This document shows, in pieces, positions 25,491-39,450 of a DNA stretch of 64,000 bases. The position numbers and the translations under genes were made by a program. Each line of letters begins with the position of its first letter. Position 1 is the stretch's first letter. The DNA is from Squalus acanthias (taxonomy: Eukaryota), in contig CM059438.1 in the NCBI GenBank assembly GCA_030390025.1, positions 57,662,001 through 57,726,000 of the forward strand. Reading direction: 5' to 3'. The notes beneath the pieces are model-generated. The model did not search any database, was not told the DNA's origin, and saw nothing but the letters and a program-made list of their open reading frames with translations.

Positions 25491-28400
25491 AAGAACATAA
25501 GAACATAAGAAATAAGAGCAGGAGTAGGCCATACGGCCCCTCGAGCCTGCTCCGCCATTCAATAAGATCATGGCTGATCATCGACCTCAACTCCACTTTC
25601 CCGCCCGATCTCCATATCCATTGATTCCCCATGAGTCCAAAAATCTCTCTATCTCAGCCTTGAATATACTCAAAGACTCAGCATTCACAGCCCTCTGGGG
25701 CAGAGAATTCCAAAGATGCACAACCCTCTGAGTGAGGAAATTCCTCCTCATCTCAGTCTTAAATGGCTTACCCCTTATCCTGAGACTATGCTCCCTCGTT
25801 CTAGACACTCCAGCCAGGGAAACAACCTCTCAGCATCTACCCTGTCAATCCCCTTCAGAATCGTGTATGTTTCAATGAGATCACCTCTCATTCTTCTAAA
25901 CTCCAGAGAGTATAGGCCCATTCTACATAATCTCTCATCATAGGACAGCCCTCTCATCCCAGGAATCAATCTAGTAAATCTTCGTGGCACCACCTCCAAG
26001 GCAAGTATATCCTTTCTTAGATAAGGAGACCAAAACTGTGCACAGTACTCCAGGTGTGGTCTCACCAAGGCCCTGTACAATTGTAGCAAGACTTCCTTAC
26101 TCTTGAACTCCAACCCTCTTGCAATAAAGCCCAACATGCCATTTGCCTTCCTTATTGCTTGGTGTACCTGCATGCTAACTTTCTGTGTTTCTTGCATGAG
26201 GATACCCAAATCTCTCTGAACACTAACATTTAAAAGTTTTTCACCATTTAAAAAATATTCTGTGTTTCTATTCTTCTTACCAAAGTGAATAACCTCACAT
26301 TTCCCTACATTATACTCCATCTGTCACCTTACTGCCCACTCACTTAGTCTATCTATATCCCTTTGCAGACTCTTTGGCCGCGATTTTCCGAGTGGAGGCG
26401 GGTTGGAGCCGGCTTCGATGTTTGGTGGGTTCCGGTCCCGCTGCCGGTTTAATCCGCTTTGAAATAACGATTTTGGCTTAAGTCGGCTGATTAAGCCTGT
26501 TGTGCGCGCTACCCGACCCAATCAGTGGGTTCGGGTCTGCTGCTCGCCTCTGCTGACGTCTTTCAGCCAGCTGCATGTAAGGGGCCCATGCAGCCTGTTT
26601 TTGATCAATCCTATTCTGCTGCTTCTCGGTGTGGCACATCTCAAAATGACTGCTGCAAGATCAAAGGCATCTCCAAGATTCGACGATGGCTCCATCCATG
26701 CTCTTGTGGAGAGAGTGAGAGGGCGCCAAGAGGTACTGTTCCCCTCAAATGGACGGAGGAAGCCTCCTCAGCAAACCAAAGCAGCCTGGCTGCAAATTGC
26801 TGAGGAGGTGAGCGCCAGGTTTTTGTGTGCTCGCACCTGGGTTCAGTGTAGGAAAAGGTTCAATGACCTGCCACGCACAGCAAAAGTGAGTATAACATCA
26901 CACTTACCTTCAATCTGCTCCCCATCTCCTCTCATCACCAGCACTCTGCATTGTCAACCTACTCCTGCACATCCCACTTTACCCTTACATCCCTTGCACC
27001 CTTAACCATCCCTCTCTCTCTATGTACAGAATCACTTCACCATTCTACTATGCACCCCTCACACTCGCTATCACTTTTATGCAATGACAACAACTAACAA
27101 CGCATAGGGAGGGCCCTTGGTATTGGCACCTCACGCCATCTTTGTCTCCCTCTAAGCATCTATGCTATGAATTCTCTACACTCACTCCAACATTCTCACT
27201 CAAACTCCACTTGTGTCCCTCATTGCAGGATGAGAGTCAACAATAAGAGGGAGAGGGGCAGGACAGGAGGAGGGCCACCTTCGATTGCCCACTTGACCAC
27301 CGCTGAGGAGGCTGCTCTGGAGATCATAGGAGGTGCTGAGGATCTGGAAGTGGGGGACGGTCAGATGGGTGCAGTAGAGCAGAATAGATTTGCAACCCTC
27401 TTATTTAGATTGCATGAGTGACTGATATGGCATCTGATGTTCATACAGATTGAGTTCTGATCATCTGCACATGTGCATGCTACGTTAATATCACATGTCT
27501 AACTCATACCTTTACTCCCCCACAAGACCATCGAGAGCCCCCCTCCCCACTGTCCAGGAGGAAGAGCCGGAAGACTCCTCAGAGGAAGCTGTAACCTCTG
27601 AGGGCGCAGTGCCAGCAGAATTGAGCGCACCCAGCACAGAGATGCACACCTCGGTGGGTCATTCGTGAGATAGATTAGTGTTGTCACCTGGTGTATCACA
27701 GCTCACAAGTGAGCATCTGGTGGAGACAGGGACAGCAGTGGAGAGTCCTCGTCGGAGGCCGCAGGACGCTCCTAGCTCTGCTCAGCTGCATGTGGACCCT
27801 GTGCCTCCGGGGCCATCCAGAAAGAGTGCGGTGCTGGAACTTCAGCAACAGGTGCAGGAGTCTCTGACAGGTTTTGCATCCACAGTAACTGCGAGTGTGC
27901 AGAGAATGGAGGAGTCCATCTCATACATAAGCAATGCCGTGGTGGAGGCAATGGTGCATGAACGTGCCACCATGGAGAGGGTGGCAACCTCCTTGGAGGA
28001 CATAAGTCACCAGCCTCAACAGAGCATGGTGACTCTTCTAAATAGATATTCTGCTATGGAGGATATATGGGCAGCTATTGAGGAGAGACACCAGAGGTAC
28101 ATGGACATCCCCATTATGAGGACTGTCAGTACAGAGATGGGTCCTCATGGCCCCACTGATGTGCAGCAAGGTGCTCTCCAGCTACTTGCTAGCAGTGAAG
28201 TGAGGGCGACCCATGAGAGGGATATTGGTGGTCGACAACAAGGAAGTGTCCAAGCACTCACACTCCCATGCCACTGCGGAGCCCTCGGTCAGAGCCCCAG
28301 ATTCCTCACCCAACTGAGATGGCCGTCTCAGCCCCTGCACAGCCGCAGGAGGAGCAGACTGTTGCCGAGCCCTCCCAGGCTCCCAAACCCAGAGGACGCC

Positions 28401-31232
28401 CGCCAAAGGAGTCGAAGCAGGAGCAGCATGAAAGTGAGCACAGTGCCTCAACATCTGCTGAAGCCACAGGGGAAGCACCACGTAGAAGCACGTGTAAGAG
28501 AAAGTTAACACACAAATAGTCACAAGGGTAGTCACTTGGGTGTTTTGATGTAATACAAATTGAAGATTATCATCGTCATTTCAATTGGACTAAAGAAATG
28601 CGATGGCAAACATTCAAACAGTTGGCCTATGTGTGCCCAGAAATGGAAGTGTCAGTGAGGTGTCAGGGCGACTTTCATCTGTAATGATGGTGGTGAGAGT
28701 GATAGGAACCCACAGTTTATTGTACAGATGGTGTATGGTGTGTTAAGAAGGTGGCAGCCACATGTGTTTGCTTCGTAAACTTAAGCGAATCTGGCAAAGA
28801 TTAGTGCATCCCTTGCCTCATGGCCAGCAATGTGCTCACGTGCTGGTGGAACTGGCACATCCGCCTCCGCAATGTCTTCCTCCTCCTCCTCCTCCTCTGA
28901 GGAGGAGGAGGCTGTGCACTGAGCCACTTGTTCCTCAGGCAGCGGTAAGCCACACTGCTGTGCGATGTTGTGCAGACCCTGGCTGGTCAGTACTGTAGGG
29001 CTCCACCTGATCTGTCGAGGCATCTGAATTGCATTTTGAGCAAGTATGATGGCCCTGTCAACGGCGTCATTAGCCACGTCTTCAGAGGATAGCCCTTGTC
29101 TCCAAGTAGCCATCCGGTAAGTTGGGTTGGCGGATTGAAGAGCTGACAGTAGACTGCTGCAGGATGAACGAGTCATGGCAACTGCCAGGGAACTTGGCGC
29201 AAACATGCATAATGTTCTTCCTGTGGTTACACACCAGCTGGACGTTAAGGGAGTGGAAGCCCTTGCGGTTCACAAATACAGCTGGGTTGTGATGGGGTGC
29301 CCTAATGGCCACATGTGTGCAGTCTACGACGTCCTGCACCCTTGGCAAGCCTGCCATCTTTGCAAAGCCAACCGCACGCGCTGTTACACTTGCTTCATCC
29401 GTGGAGAAGTGGATGCAATTGTGCGCCTTTGCAAAGAGGGCATCGGTAACCTGCATGATGCAAGTGTGTGCGGCCGACTGGGAGATGCCGTTGATGTCTG
29501 CTGATGATCCCTGGAAGGACCCTGAAGCAAAAATATTGAACGCGGTGGTGACTTTGACAACCACTGGTAAGGGGTGTCCACCCGCTCCTCTGTGCTCCAG
29601 GTGTTGGTGCAGCATTGCGCAGATGTCAGCGACTACCCCTAGCAAAAGTCTCAGCCTCCTTTGGCACTGCTGCTCAGTCATGTTCAGGAAGCTCATCCTC
29701 GGCCTGTAAACCCTGTGTTGGGGGTATCTCCTGCGGCGACGTGCAGCCCTGCGCTGATGCCCTCTGCCCTGTGCAGCATCAAGTGGGTGAGGAGGAGGTT
29801 GGCGCTCCTGTTGTTGCTGCTGCTGTTGTGCCTGGTTCTGCTGCTGCCGTGGCTGCTCTTCCTCTGAATCTGAAGACCAGGATGACAGGGTATAAATGGT
29901 TCCCATTCCGCTGGTATATATGTCAGTTGAGGAATAGATGTTATAAGCGCTCAGTCAATGTGGGGAGAGGGTTTTGCAAGGAGGTCACAGTGCATATGGA
30001 TCTCAGCTTAACCACTTACAAGCTCAATAGTTCCAACACCTCAAAAAACAAAGTTCTGCCATCTGAAAGTCAGCCATGTTACAGGTCTGCTTTTATGCTG
30101 CAGGTGCAGCTGTCAAGAATTCACTTAGTTGCTGAACCCAGCACAATCAGCTGGCGTGTTTTGCGAACGACATGGAACACGCTGAAAATGTCGTAAAATG
30201 GGAAAAGCCTGATAAAATGGGATTGTGTAGGCAGTTAACAAGCTGTTAACTGCCTTAAGTGCCTCTCTCACCGCTTGGTGTCGGGTCTGATCGGGACTCT
30301 CAGACCCGACACTTTACAAAGTTGTGTGGAGGTGGGATGACGGCGGGTTCCGAACCCGCCGTCAATCAAAATGACTTTAACCTCTGACCCGCCTCCAAAC
30401 CCGCCCTCTGAGCGCCGGCAAAATTGCGGCCTTTGTGTTCTCCTCACAGCTTACTGTCCCACCTAGCTTTGTATCATCAGCAAACTTGGATACATTACAC
30501 TCGGTTCCTTCATCTAGGTCATTAATATAGATTGTAAATAACTGAGGCCCCAGCACTGATACTTGCGGCAACCCACTAGTTATAGCCTGCCAACCGGAAA
30601 AAGATCCGTTTATCCCTACTCTCTGTTTTCTGTCTGTTAACCAATGCTCTGGCCATGCTGCTATATTACCCCCAACCCCATGACCCCTAATCTTGTGTAA
30701 TAACCTTTTATGTGGCACCTTATCGAATGCCTTTTGGAAATCCAAATATACTTCATCCACTGGTTCCCCTTTATCTACCCTGCTAGTTACATCCTCAAAA
30801 AACTCTAATAAATTTATCAAACACGATTTCCCTTTCATAAAACCATGTTGACTCTGCCTAATCATGTTATGATTTTCTAAGTGACTTGATACCACTTCCT
30901 TAACAATGGATTCCAGCATTTTCCCACCGACTGATGTCAGGCTAACTGGCCTGCAGTTCCCTGTTTTTTCTCTCCCTCCTTTCTGGAATAGCGGTGTTAC
31001 ATTTGCGACCTTCCAATCCGCTGGGACCATTCTAGAATCTAGGGAATTTTGGAAGATCAAAACCAATGTATCCACTATCTCTTCAGCCACATCTTTTAGA
31101 ACCTTAGGACGTAGGCTGTCAGGTCCAGGATTTGTGTCACCTTTTAGTCCCATTAGTTTCTCTAGTACTTTTTCTCGACTTATATTAATTACATTAAGTT
31201 CCTCACCCTCATTAGACCCTTGGTTCCCCACC
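25491..31232 (-). mobile_element. 5'-truncated CR1 LINE split by a Harbinger
   Basis: RT ORFs 30377-31306 and 25775-26320; tail aagaacataagaacataagaaataag; interrupts host gaaaaatgat|tgctgagtcag. Confidence 0.9.
26376..30431 (+). mobile_element. Full-length (~4.06 kb) Harbinger: spliced Myb/SANT gene (+, from 26646) and transposase (-, 29906 to 28781), both frameshifted
   Basis: TIRs ggccgcgatttt / aaaattgcggcc, TSD ttt. Transposase [12 protein letters not shown]...[13 protein letters not shown]...[11 protein letters not shown]; Myb ASPRFDDGSIHALVERV...AWLQIAEEV...TWVQCRKRFNDL. Confidence 0.93.
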
Positions 31233-31821
31233 ATTGCTGAGTCAGTGGAGACACAGTGCTCAGTGGAGACACAGTGGACCCAGCAGGTCCTGTCTGCTCT
31301 GACCATTACTGGAAGTTGCTTTCATAAGTTTTCTAAGATTTCCTTGGAGGTGAATCAAAAGTAATGGGCATGATGTACTCTGCAAAGATTAAAGACTGAG
31401 ATCTTTCCAAGTTCCTGAGTAGTGCCTCTCCCCTTATGCAGGGTTACATTCATTTGGAAAGGTTCAAGGTAAATTTGAATTAATGTGTGGACATTTATGT
31501 GCAATATTCCTATGGTATTTCTTTGCTATTTTAAAGGAGCATTTAACCCGTTGTAAATAAGCATCACACAAAAGCATTAACAACTGTGCACTAATATTGC
31601 ACACAGTAAATTACAGGCCATAAATAAAAGACAAATGGAGAAGAAGAAAGATTAGGGGTAAAGGAAAAATTAGGTTAGCAGAAATAATACATTTTTATTA
31701 GTTTTTCAATGCCTATTTAGATTTTGACTAGCTTTATTATTTCAATACACAATGGCTCATTCTAGACAAAACTTTTCATCAAGTTACTGTAATACTTCAG
31801 CAGTGAGTTATTTGTACTGAC

Positions 31822-31851
31822 CGATCCTCAGTTAAAGATGCTCTCGGCCTT
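31822..31851 (-). CDS. Microexon B3 (30 nt), RPRASLTED(R)
   Basis: tattcttag|aaggccgagagcatctttaactgaggatcg|gtcagta. Confidence 0.7.
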
Positions 31852-32245
31852 CTAAGAATACAAAAAAAGAACCATTAGAAATACCCTCTAAAAATATTGG
31901 CATTTTTACTTTCTGTTGTGGACTCGAGTTTTATCAGCAAGGCACACCAACAAGTGTGAGTTCTGTCAACAACAGATGCGTTTAGTCTCTGGTTGTGGCC
32001 TCCTGCCACTGGCTCTCCCTCCCTCCGCTGGCTAGGTTGTCCATTTGGCCGGCTGCTAGAAGGGAAATGGAACAAAAAACGTTTATGAGGTCCTGTCGTT
32101 AAGTTTGGCAGGACCTCCGTGTTCCCAGACCCCTGCCCGGTTCTTCGACTGTTTTCGGCATACCCCGTGACCTCTTCACCTCCCCGTAAATATCGGGGCC
32201 CTGATGTTGGGAACACTCTGGTCCTATTCAGGTTGTGAACACAAG

Positions 32246-33115
32246 GGCTGCGATGTTGTTGGCGCACAGAGAGGCGGGTCAGAGGTTAAAGTGCAATTGA
32301 TAGACGGCGGGTCCCAAACCCGCCGTCAACCCGCCTGCAAACAGCTTTCCCAAGTGTCGGGTCCCCGATTTGCGAATGAACCCGACACCTAGCGGCGGGA
32401 AACGGATTAAAGGCAATTACCTGCCTATTCACAGGTACTTGTCAGTAGCTTTCAGCCTGTTTTTGGATTTTGCCGCTTCTGGCTCGGGTTTTCCAACATA
32501 CGGACACCACGCCAGGTAAGTGTGGCGTGTTGTGAGTCTGCTGTAATGTTTGTGAAAAGATGACAGCTGCAGAAGTGGTGTGAAGGATCCAATGTTGCAC
32601 ATGGTGAGTTTCAGAGCAAAGAAAATGTTGGGAACTGCATTTTTAAAACATTTACATATTTCTTTACCTTACAAGTTTTTAAATCCAACTATATGTCCAG
32701 TGCCACCTCATTGGGAGAATATCTGTCACCAGTGACAGATCGCTTCTGCCATCTCACCTGCAGCTGCCATCTATTCCAGCATATGGAGGGAGTCATTGGA
32801 GAGCCTTGGTGCAAGAGTTCACCTTCGTGCAGTGATTGTGTGTTTTCAGCACCTCAATGCTGTCAAACACTGAGAAATCAACTGTCAAAATAAAATTGTG
32901 CGTGGTCCCTTTAAGGAAACTGGCAGGTGGCGCGTCATCAAATGACGTTATCAGACCCGCTTCCTGTTAATTGGCCGGTAAGCCCACAGGGCGGGCTTAA
33001 CAAGGTCAATCAAGGGAAAATCACGTCTGTGGAGCGGAGGCAGCTGGGGGTGGGACTGGGAGCCGGAAATCAGCTGTCCCGCACCCATCCCGACACCGCT
33101 GACAAAATCGCGGCC
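32246..33115. mobile_element. Non-autonomous Harbinger/MITE
   Basis: TIRs ggctgcgatgttgt / acaaaatcgcggcc, TSD aag. Confidence 0.85.
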
Positions 33116-33294
33116 AAGGTGTTTAATAAAATAGAGACAGAGACACAGTCAGTCAGGTCTAGCAAAGAGAGCAAAGTCAGTCAGGTTTAAAACAGAGCTG
33201 CAATTTCTCATGAGGTCCTGTCGTTAAGTTCGGCAGGACCTCCGTGTCCCCAGACCCCTGCCTGGTTCTTCGACTGTTTTCGGCCTACCCCGTG

Positions 33295-35615
33295 AAGTCA
33301 GGATGGTGTGTGACTTGGATGGGTTCTTGGAAGCGGTGGTGTTCCCATGCGCCTACTGCCTTTGTCTTTCTAGGTGTCAGAGGTCGTGGGTTTGGGAGGT
33401 GCTGCCGAAGAAGTGTTGGAGAGTTGCTGCAGTGCATCTTGTAGATGGTACACACTGCAGCCACGGTACACCAGTGGTGGAGGGAGTGAATGTTTAAGGT
33501 GGTGGATGGGGTGCCAATCAAGTGGGTTGCTTTGTCCTGGATGGTGTTGAGCTTCTTGAGTGTTGTTGAAGCTGCACTCATCCAGGCAAGTGGAGAGTAT
33601 TCCATCACACTCCTTACTTGTGCCTTGTAGATGGTAGAAAGGCTTTGGCGAGTCAGGAGGTGAGACACTCGCCGCAGAATACCTAGCCTCTGACCTACTC
33701 TTGTTGCCACAGTATTTATGTGGCTGGTCCAGTTAAGTTTCTGGTCAATGGTGACCCCCAGGATGTTGATGATAGGGGATTCGGCGATGGTAATGCCATT
33801 GAATGTCAAGGGGCAGAGGTTAGACTCTCGCTTGTTGGAGATAGTCATTGCCTGGCACTTCTGTGGCACGAATGTTACCTGCCACTTATCAGCCCAAGCC
33901 TGAACGTCGTCCAGGTCTTGTTGCATGCGGGCATGGACTGCTTCATTATCTGAGCAGTTGCGAATGGCACTGAACACTGTGCAATCATCACGAACAACCT
34001 CACTTCTGACCTTGTGATGGAGGGAAGGTCATTGATGAAGCAGCTGAAGATGGTCGGGCCTAGGACACTGCCCTGAGGAACTCCTGCAGCGATGTCCTGG
34101 GGCTGTGATGATTGACCTTCAATCACCACAACCATCTTCCTTTGTGCTGGGTATGAGTCCAGCCAGTGGCGAGTTTCCCCCTGATTCCCATTGACGTCAG
34201 TTTTACTTCATGCCACACTCGGTCAAATGCTGCCTTGATGTCAATGGCAGTCACTCTCACCTCACCTCTGGAATTCAGCTCCGTTGTCCATGTTTGGACC
34301 AAGGCTGTAATGAGGTCGGGAGGAGTGTGGTCTTGGCGGAACCCAAACTGGGCATCAGTAAGCAGGTTATTGGTGAGTAAGTGTCACTTGATAGCATTGT
34401 CGATGACACCTTCCATCACTTTGCTGATGATTGAGAGTAGACTGATGGGGCAGTAATTGGCCGGATTGGAATTGTCCTGCATACCTGGGCAGTTTTCCAC
34501 ATTTGTTGAATAGATGCCTGCCAGTGTTGTAGCTGTACTGGAACAACTTGGCTAGAGGCACGGCTAGTTCTGGAGAACAAGTCTTTAGCACGATAGCCGG
34601 GATGTTGTCAGGGCCCATAGTCTTTGCTGTATCCAGTGCGCTGAGCCGTTTCTTGATATCACGTGGAGTGAATCGAATTGGCTGAAGACTGGCTTCTGTG
34701 ATGGTGGGGACCTCAGGAGGAGGCCGATATGGATCATCCTCTCGGCACTTCTGGCTGAAGATGGTTGCAAACACTTCAGCTTTGTCTTTTGCACTCACGT
34801 GCTGGGTTCCACCATCATTGAGGATGGGTATATTCATGGAACCCCCCTCCTCCTGTTAGTTGTTTAATGGTCCACCACCATTCACGACTGGATGTGGCAG
34901 GACTGCAGAGCTTTGATCTGATCCGCTGATTGTGGGATTGCTTAGCCCTGTCTATATGATACTACTTCCGCTTTTTAGCGTGCATGTAGTCCTGTGTTGC
35001 AGCTTCCCCAGGTTGGCACCTCATTTTTAGATACGCCTGGTGCTGCTCCTGGCATGCTCTTCTACACTCCTTATTGAACCAGGTTTGGTCCCCTGGCTTG
35101 ATGGTAATGGTAGAGTATGGGATATGCCAGGCCATCAGGTTACAGATTGTGGTGGAATACAATTCTGCTGCTGCTGATGGCCCACAGCGCCTCATGGATG
35201 CCCAGTTTTGAGGGTGCTAGATCTGTTCTGAATCTATCCCATTTAGCACGGTGGTAGTGCCACACAACACAATGGAGGGTGTCCTCAGTGTGAAGACGAG
35301 ACTTCGTCGCCACAATGACTGTGCAGTGGTCACTGATACCAAGACTGTCATGGACAGATGCATCTGCGACAGGTAGATTGGTGAGGACGAGTTCAAGTAG
35401 GTTTTTCCCTCATGTTGGTTCTCTCACCACCTGTCGCAGGCCCAAACTGGCAGCTATGTCCTTCAGGACTCGGCCAGCTCGGTCAGTAGTGGTGCTACCG
35501 AGCCACTGTTGGTGATGGACATTGAAGTCCCCCACCCAGAGTACACCTTGCTACTCTCAGTGATTCTTCCAAGTGGTGTTCAACATGGCGGAGTAATGAT
35601 TCATCAGCTGAGGGA
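33295..35615 (-). mobile_element. CR1/L2-group LINE (APE end + RT), degenerate; duplicate of 54236-56775 with its 3' end deleted
   Basis: GPDNIPAIVLK, GVPQGSVLGPTIFSCFINDLP, MEYSPLAWMSAA. Confidence 0.88.
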
Positions 35616-37030
35616 GGGCCTCGCTGCCCCGCCTGCTCCGATCCATTGCCCGGCCCAGCCCTCACTCAAACTCTCCTTTTGTGCTCTGAGTAGCCGCAGG
35701 CCTACCCCCTACAGTCAGCCATCCTCTCAATATGGCAATTGAATTCTTTTCAATTGATTGACTGCTATGCATGAAGTGTCAAGAACAGTTTCCAAATTTT
35801 AAAAGCGGGTGAGCATTTAAACATTCTGTACGGACAATACCAATGTGAGGTGCAAAATCCGAATAAACTCTGTTGATTCCCTCTGCATAAAGATACAAAT
35901 ATCCTCAAAGGCTGGCTCTGCCAGAAAGTGTATCTGGATAGAACTAGCCCTTGAATATCTTTACTGTGTTAGCAACATCTAGCACCGTTGCTACCAGTCC
36001 CCAAATCCCAATATGAGAATTAATTACCATGACTAACCAGAAGGTTTGGATTCTGCATTCCCATTAAATGGGAGGAGAGTCATACATCCTTTATCTCAGA
36101 TAACCAATAACCTTTCCCTTCCTTTTTCCACCAATTTTCTCCCCTTGTTGCGCATTGGTTACAAAGCACTGGACACCACCTACTGCCTCGAATCACTGCT
36201 CCATTCCCAAATATCTTTAACTTTGGGAGTGACTCAGACACTTGGGGGGAATTTTAAACGAAAGAAATGGATGGCTTTAGACTGTGAGGGTATTTAATTG
36301 CTAAAAAGGGGATTCCCGGCCTGATCCCGCCTCCATCCACCCACTTCCGGTTTTAATAGAGTTTGGACGGGGGGTGGACGACCAACCCACACCAGGGGGT
36401 GGAACGTCAATTTAATATTACAAAGCAGCTGGAAGCCATTTTTTAACCTCCATATTGTTTTCAACTACTTGTGGACAGGCTTCACACAATTTCTGAAAAC
36501 CGGGAGTTAAAGCAAGATGGGGACTACTGGATCCAGGAGGTAAGTGGCTTTATACCTACCTCCTGGATCCAGGATCCCTACCTAACCCAGCCCCCACGAT
36601 CGGAGATCGAGGGGGGAGGGGAAAGAGAGGACCGGGGATCGCCTTCCCAAGTCTCACCCGCAAGCCCAGGCCTTCCCCCGCAACGATGATGCTGAGGGCG
36701 GCCACGATCGTCTTCCTCCTCCCCCCCCCATCTCTGCCTGACCTCCACCCCGATGCTTCCCCCGCCCCGATCCTCTCTCCCCGCCGCACCTCTGCCTGAC
36801 TTCCCCTCCCGATCCTTTCCCGGCCTGATCCCCAATCGCTGGCCGATGAACCATTCGATCCTTTCAATGGACCTCGAACCTCTCTCCCCACCCGTTCCAT
36901 TGCCTGACTCCGATCCCTGGTCCTCTCCACCTCCCCCTAGATCCATTGCCAGGCCCCAGGACCTCTGTGCCCCACCCGCACCGATCCATTGCCCAGTCCC
37001 CGGTGATCTCTTCCCCCCCAACCCCTCCGC

Positions 37031-37638
37031 TACATTGGGGAGACCAATCGCAGATTGGGTGACCGCTTTGCGGAACACCTCCGTTCAGTCCGTAAGGGTG
37101 ACCCCGAGCTTCCGGTCGCCTGTCACTTTAATTCTCCGCTCCACTCCCACTCAGACCTCTCTGTCCTCGGCCTCTTACACTGTTCCAATGAAGCTCAACG
37201 TAAGCTCGAGGAACAGCACCTCATCTTTCGATAACCTTCTGGACTCAACAGCGAGTTCAACAATTTCAGACCATGACCTCTGCCCCTACCTTTTTTTCCC
37301 ATTTTTTTTCTCTCTCTCACATGGCTGCTGTCTTTCATTCTGCCAGTACCATTTACACTTCATCTAAAGCCATCTTTTGTTCCTTAACTTGTCCAATTAC
37401 CATCTCCTTTTGCCTTGCACCATCATCCCTTTTGTCTCTTAATCTCTCCTGCCTTCCATCCTATCACAGACCTTCGCTTTTGTTCTTTCCTCCCCTCCCC
37501 ACTTGCTTAAAAAACCTGTTCCATCTCCAGCTTTTTCTAGTTCTGACGAAGGGTCATCGACCTGAAACGTTAATCTGTTTCTGTCTCTACAGATGCAGCC
37601 TGACCTGCTGAGTATTTCCAGCATTTTGTTTTTATTAC
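37031..37638 (+). mobile_element. Penelope-like element 3' fragment (GIY-YIG endonuclease end + pLTR) inside MITE1
   Basis: Frame from 37031 reads YIGETNRRLGDRFAEHLRSVRKGDPELPVACHFNSPLHSHSDLSVLGLLHCSNEAQRKLEEQHLIF. Confidence 0.88.
37538..37577 (+). ncRNA. Minimal type I hammerhead ribozyme motif in the Penelope pLTR
   Basis: CUGACGA-A-GGGUC(auc)GACCU-GAAA-CGUUA with palindromic aacgtt stem III. Confidence 0.65.
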
Positions 37639-37996
37639 CGCCATTCCATTGCCTGGCCCAGCCCTCACTCGAACTCTTTTACTCAGCTCTGAGCGGCCGT
37701 AGGCCTACCCCCTACAGCCAGCCAGCCTCTCAATCTGGCTGGCTGCGGGCGGGAAACCGAGGCCTCACATGCATATCATGCCCTGCCATTAAAGACGGCA
37801 GGGCCTGCGGGAACCCCGGCCTCCCGACCACATTGGAGCATCCCCCACCCCCAACACGCCTTCCTCCAGAAAATTCCGGCCTTGGATTGGGATCAAAAAG
37901 TGAGTTCCTGATTTCTTTAATGTACTGGAATGAATAAATAGTTTGTCTCAGGGAAGGTACTGTAATAATAGAGCAAACTGTGTGGGTTGTACTCAC

Positions 37997-38026
37997 TGCA
38001 CTGGACTTGAAGAACTCGGATACACC
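37997..38026 (-). CDS. Microexon A3 (30 nt), VYPSSSSPV(Q)
   Basis: tttgttcag|ggtgtatccgagttcttcaagtccagtgca|gtgagta. Confidence 0.7.
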
Positions 38027-38715
38027 CTGAACAAACAAAAACAACAAATCATTAACTGTGATGCTGGGATTTCTCACTTCAGTTTTTAATAATTTTACTT
38101 CAAGATTTTCATAACAGTCAAAATATAATTTAAACTATAGAGGCCAATAAAACAGAAAGAAAAAAACCCACAACATAACAAGTTCCAAAGAGTGACCCTA
38201 GTCATGGTTACAGATAAATTAGCATTGAAACATCCAGGGTTAACATGAACTCTTTGCACCTAAAGCACACACACGAAAGGAAAACGCAAGAAACCTCGGG
38301 GGAGAAATTCCCCTAGAGGGCCATTTGGGGCGCTAAGTCAAAACATTTTGAAAAGTCAGCAACAGGCGCCAACCTTTTCAAACATTTGAGAAATTCCCAT
38401 TTTTTGCTCCAAGAGGGAAGTGGAGCGCTAAATCAAGCGCTCAACTTGCCTCTTGGAGCGCAAGAGGCGGGGAATGTCCCGATCCGGAGCGATGTGCTCA
38501 GCGGCGCCCCGAGTGGCCACACCTGGCTCTGCTGCATTGCAGGGGCTCTTCCCTCAATTAAAGGGAAGGGCTCCCCGCTGCGAGCTCTCCATTTTTTTTG
38601 GCATCTGCTGGAGTTGAGTGCCGGGCTGACCGATCGCGGCACACAATGGCTCATTCTAGACAAAACTTTTCATCAAGTTACTGTAATACTTCAGCAGTGA
38701 GTTTTTTGTACTGAC

Positions 38716-38745
38716 CGATCCTCAGTTAAAGATGCTCTCGGCCTT
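38716..38745 (-). CDS. Microexon B4 (30 nt), RPRASLTED(R)
   Basis: tactcttag|aaggccgagagcatctttaactgaggatcg|gtcagta. Confidence 0.7.
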
Positions 38746-39450
38746 CTAAGAGTACAAAAAAAAGAACCATTAGAAATACCCTCTGAAAATATTGGCATTT
38801 TTACATTCTGTTGTGGACTTGAGTTTTATCAGCAAGACACACCAAAAAGTGTGAGTTCTGTCAACAACAGTTGCGTTTAGTCTCTGGTTCGGGCCTCCTG
38901 CCGCTGGTGCTCCCTCCCTGCCGCTGGCTAGGTTGTCCATTTGGCCGGCTGCCAGAAGGGAAATGGAACACAAATTTTTTATGAGGTCCTGTCGTTAAGT
39001 TCGGCAGGACCTCTGTGTCCCCAGACCCCTGCCCCATTCTTCGACTGTTTTCGGCCTACCCCGTGACCTCTTCACCGCCCCGTAAATATCAGGGCCCTGA
39101 TGTTGGGAACACTTTGGTCCTACTCAGGTTGTGAACGAAAAGTTATTTAAAAAATAGAGACAGAGACACAAGGCTCGATTTTGCCAGTGTGGACGGGCTG
39201 GGGCTTGTCAGGTGGGATTCGCGTCAGGACCCCGACTCCGAAGTGAAGTGTTGAAAAATTGCGATTTTCCCCTAATTAGGCAATTGATTTCCAGCGTGTG
39301 GGAACCCCTGGCCCAATGAGTCTTTTCATACAGAAAGTCGCCTCCGATGACATCATCAATGCTGCTGGATTTAAGACCTGCAAGCAGCCTTGCTTCTTCT
39401 GGAGAGTGGAAACGCTTTGGAAATTGTATGAAGGACAGCATTTACCGACC

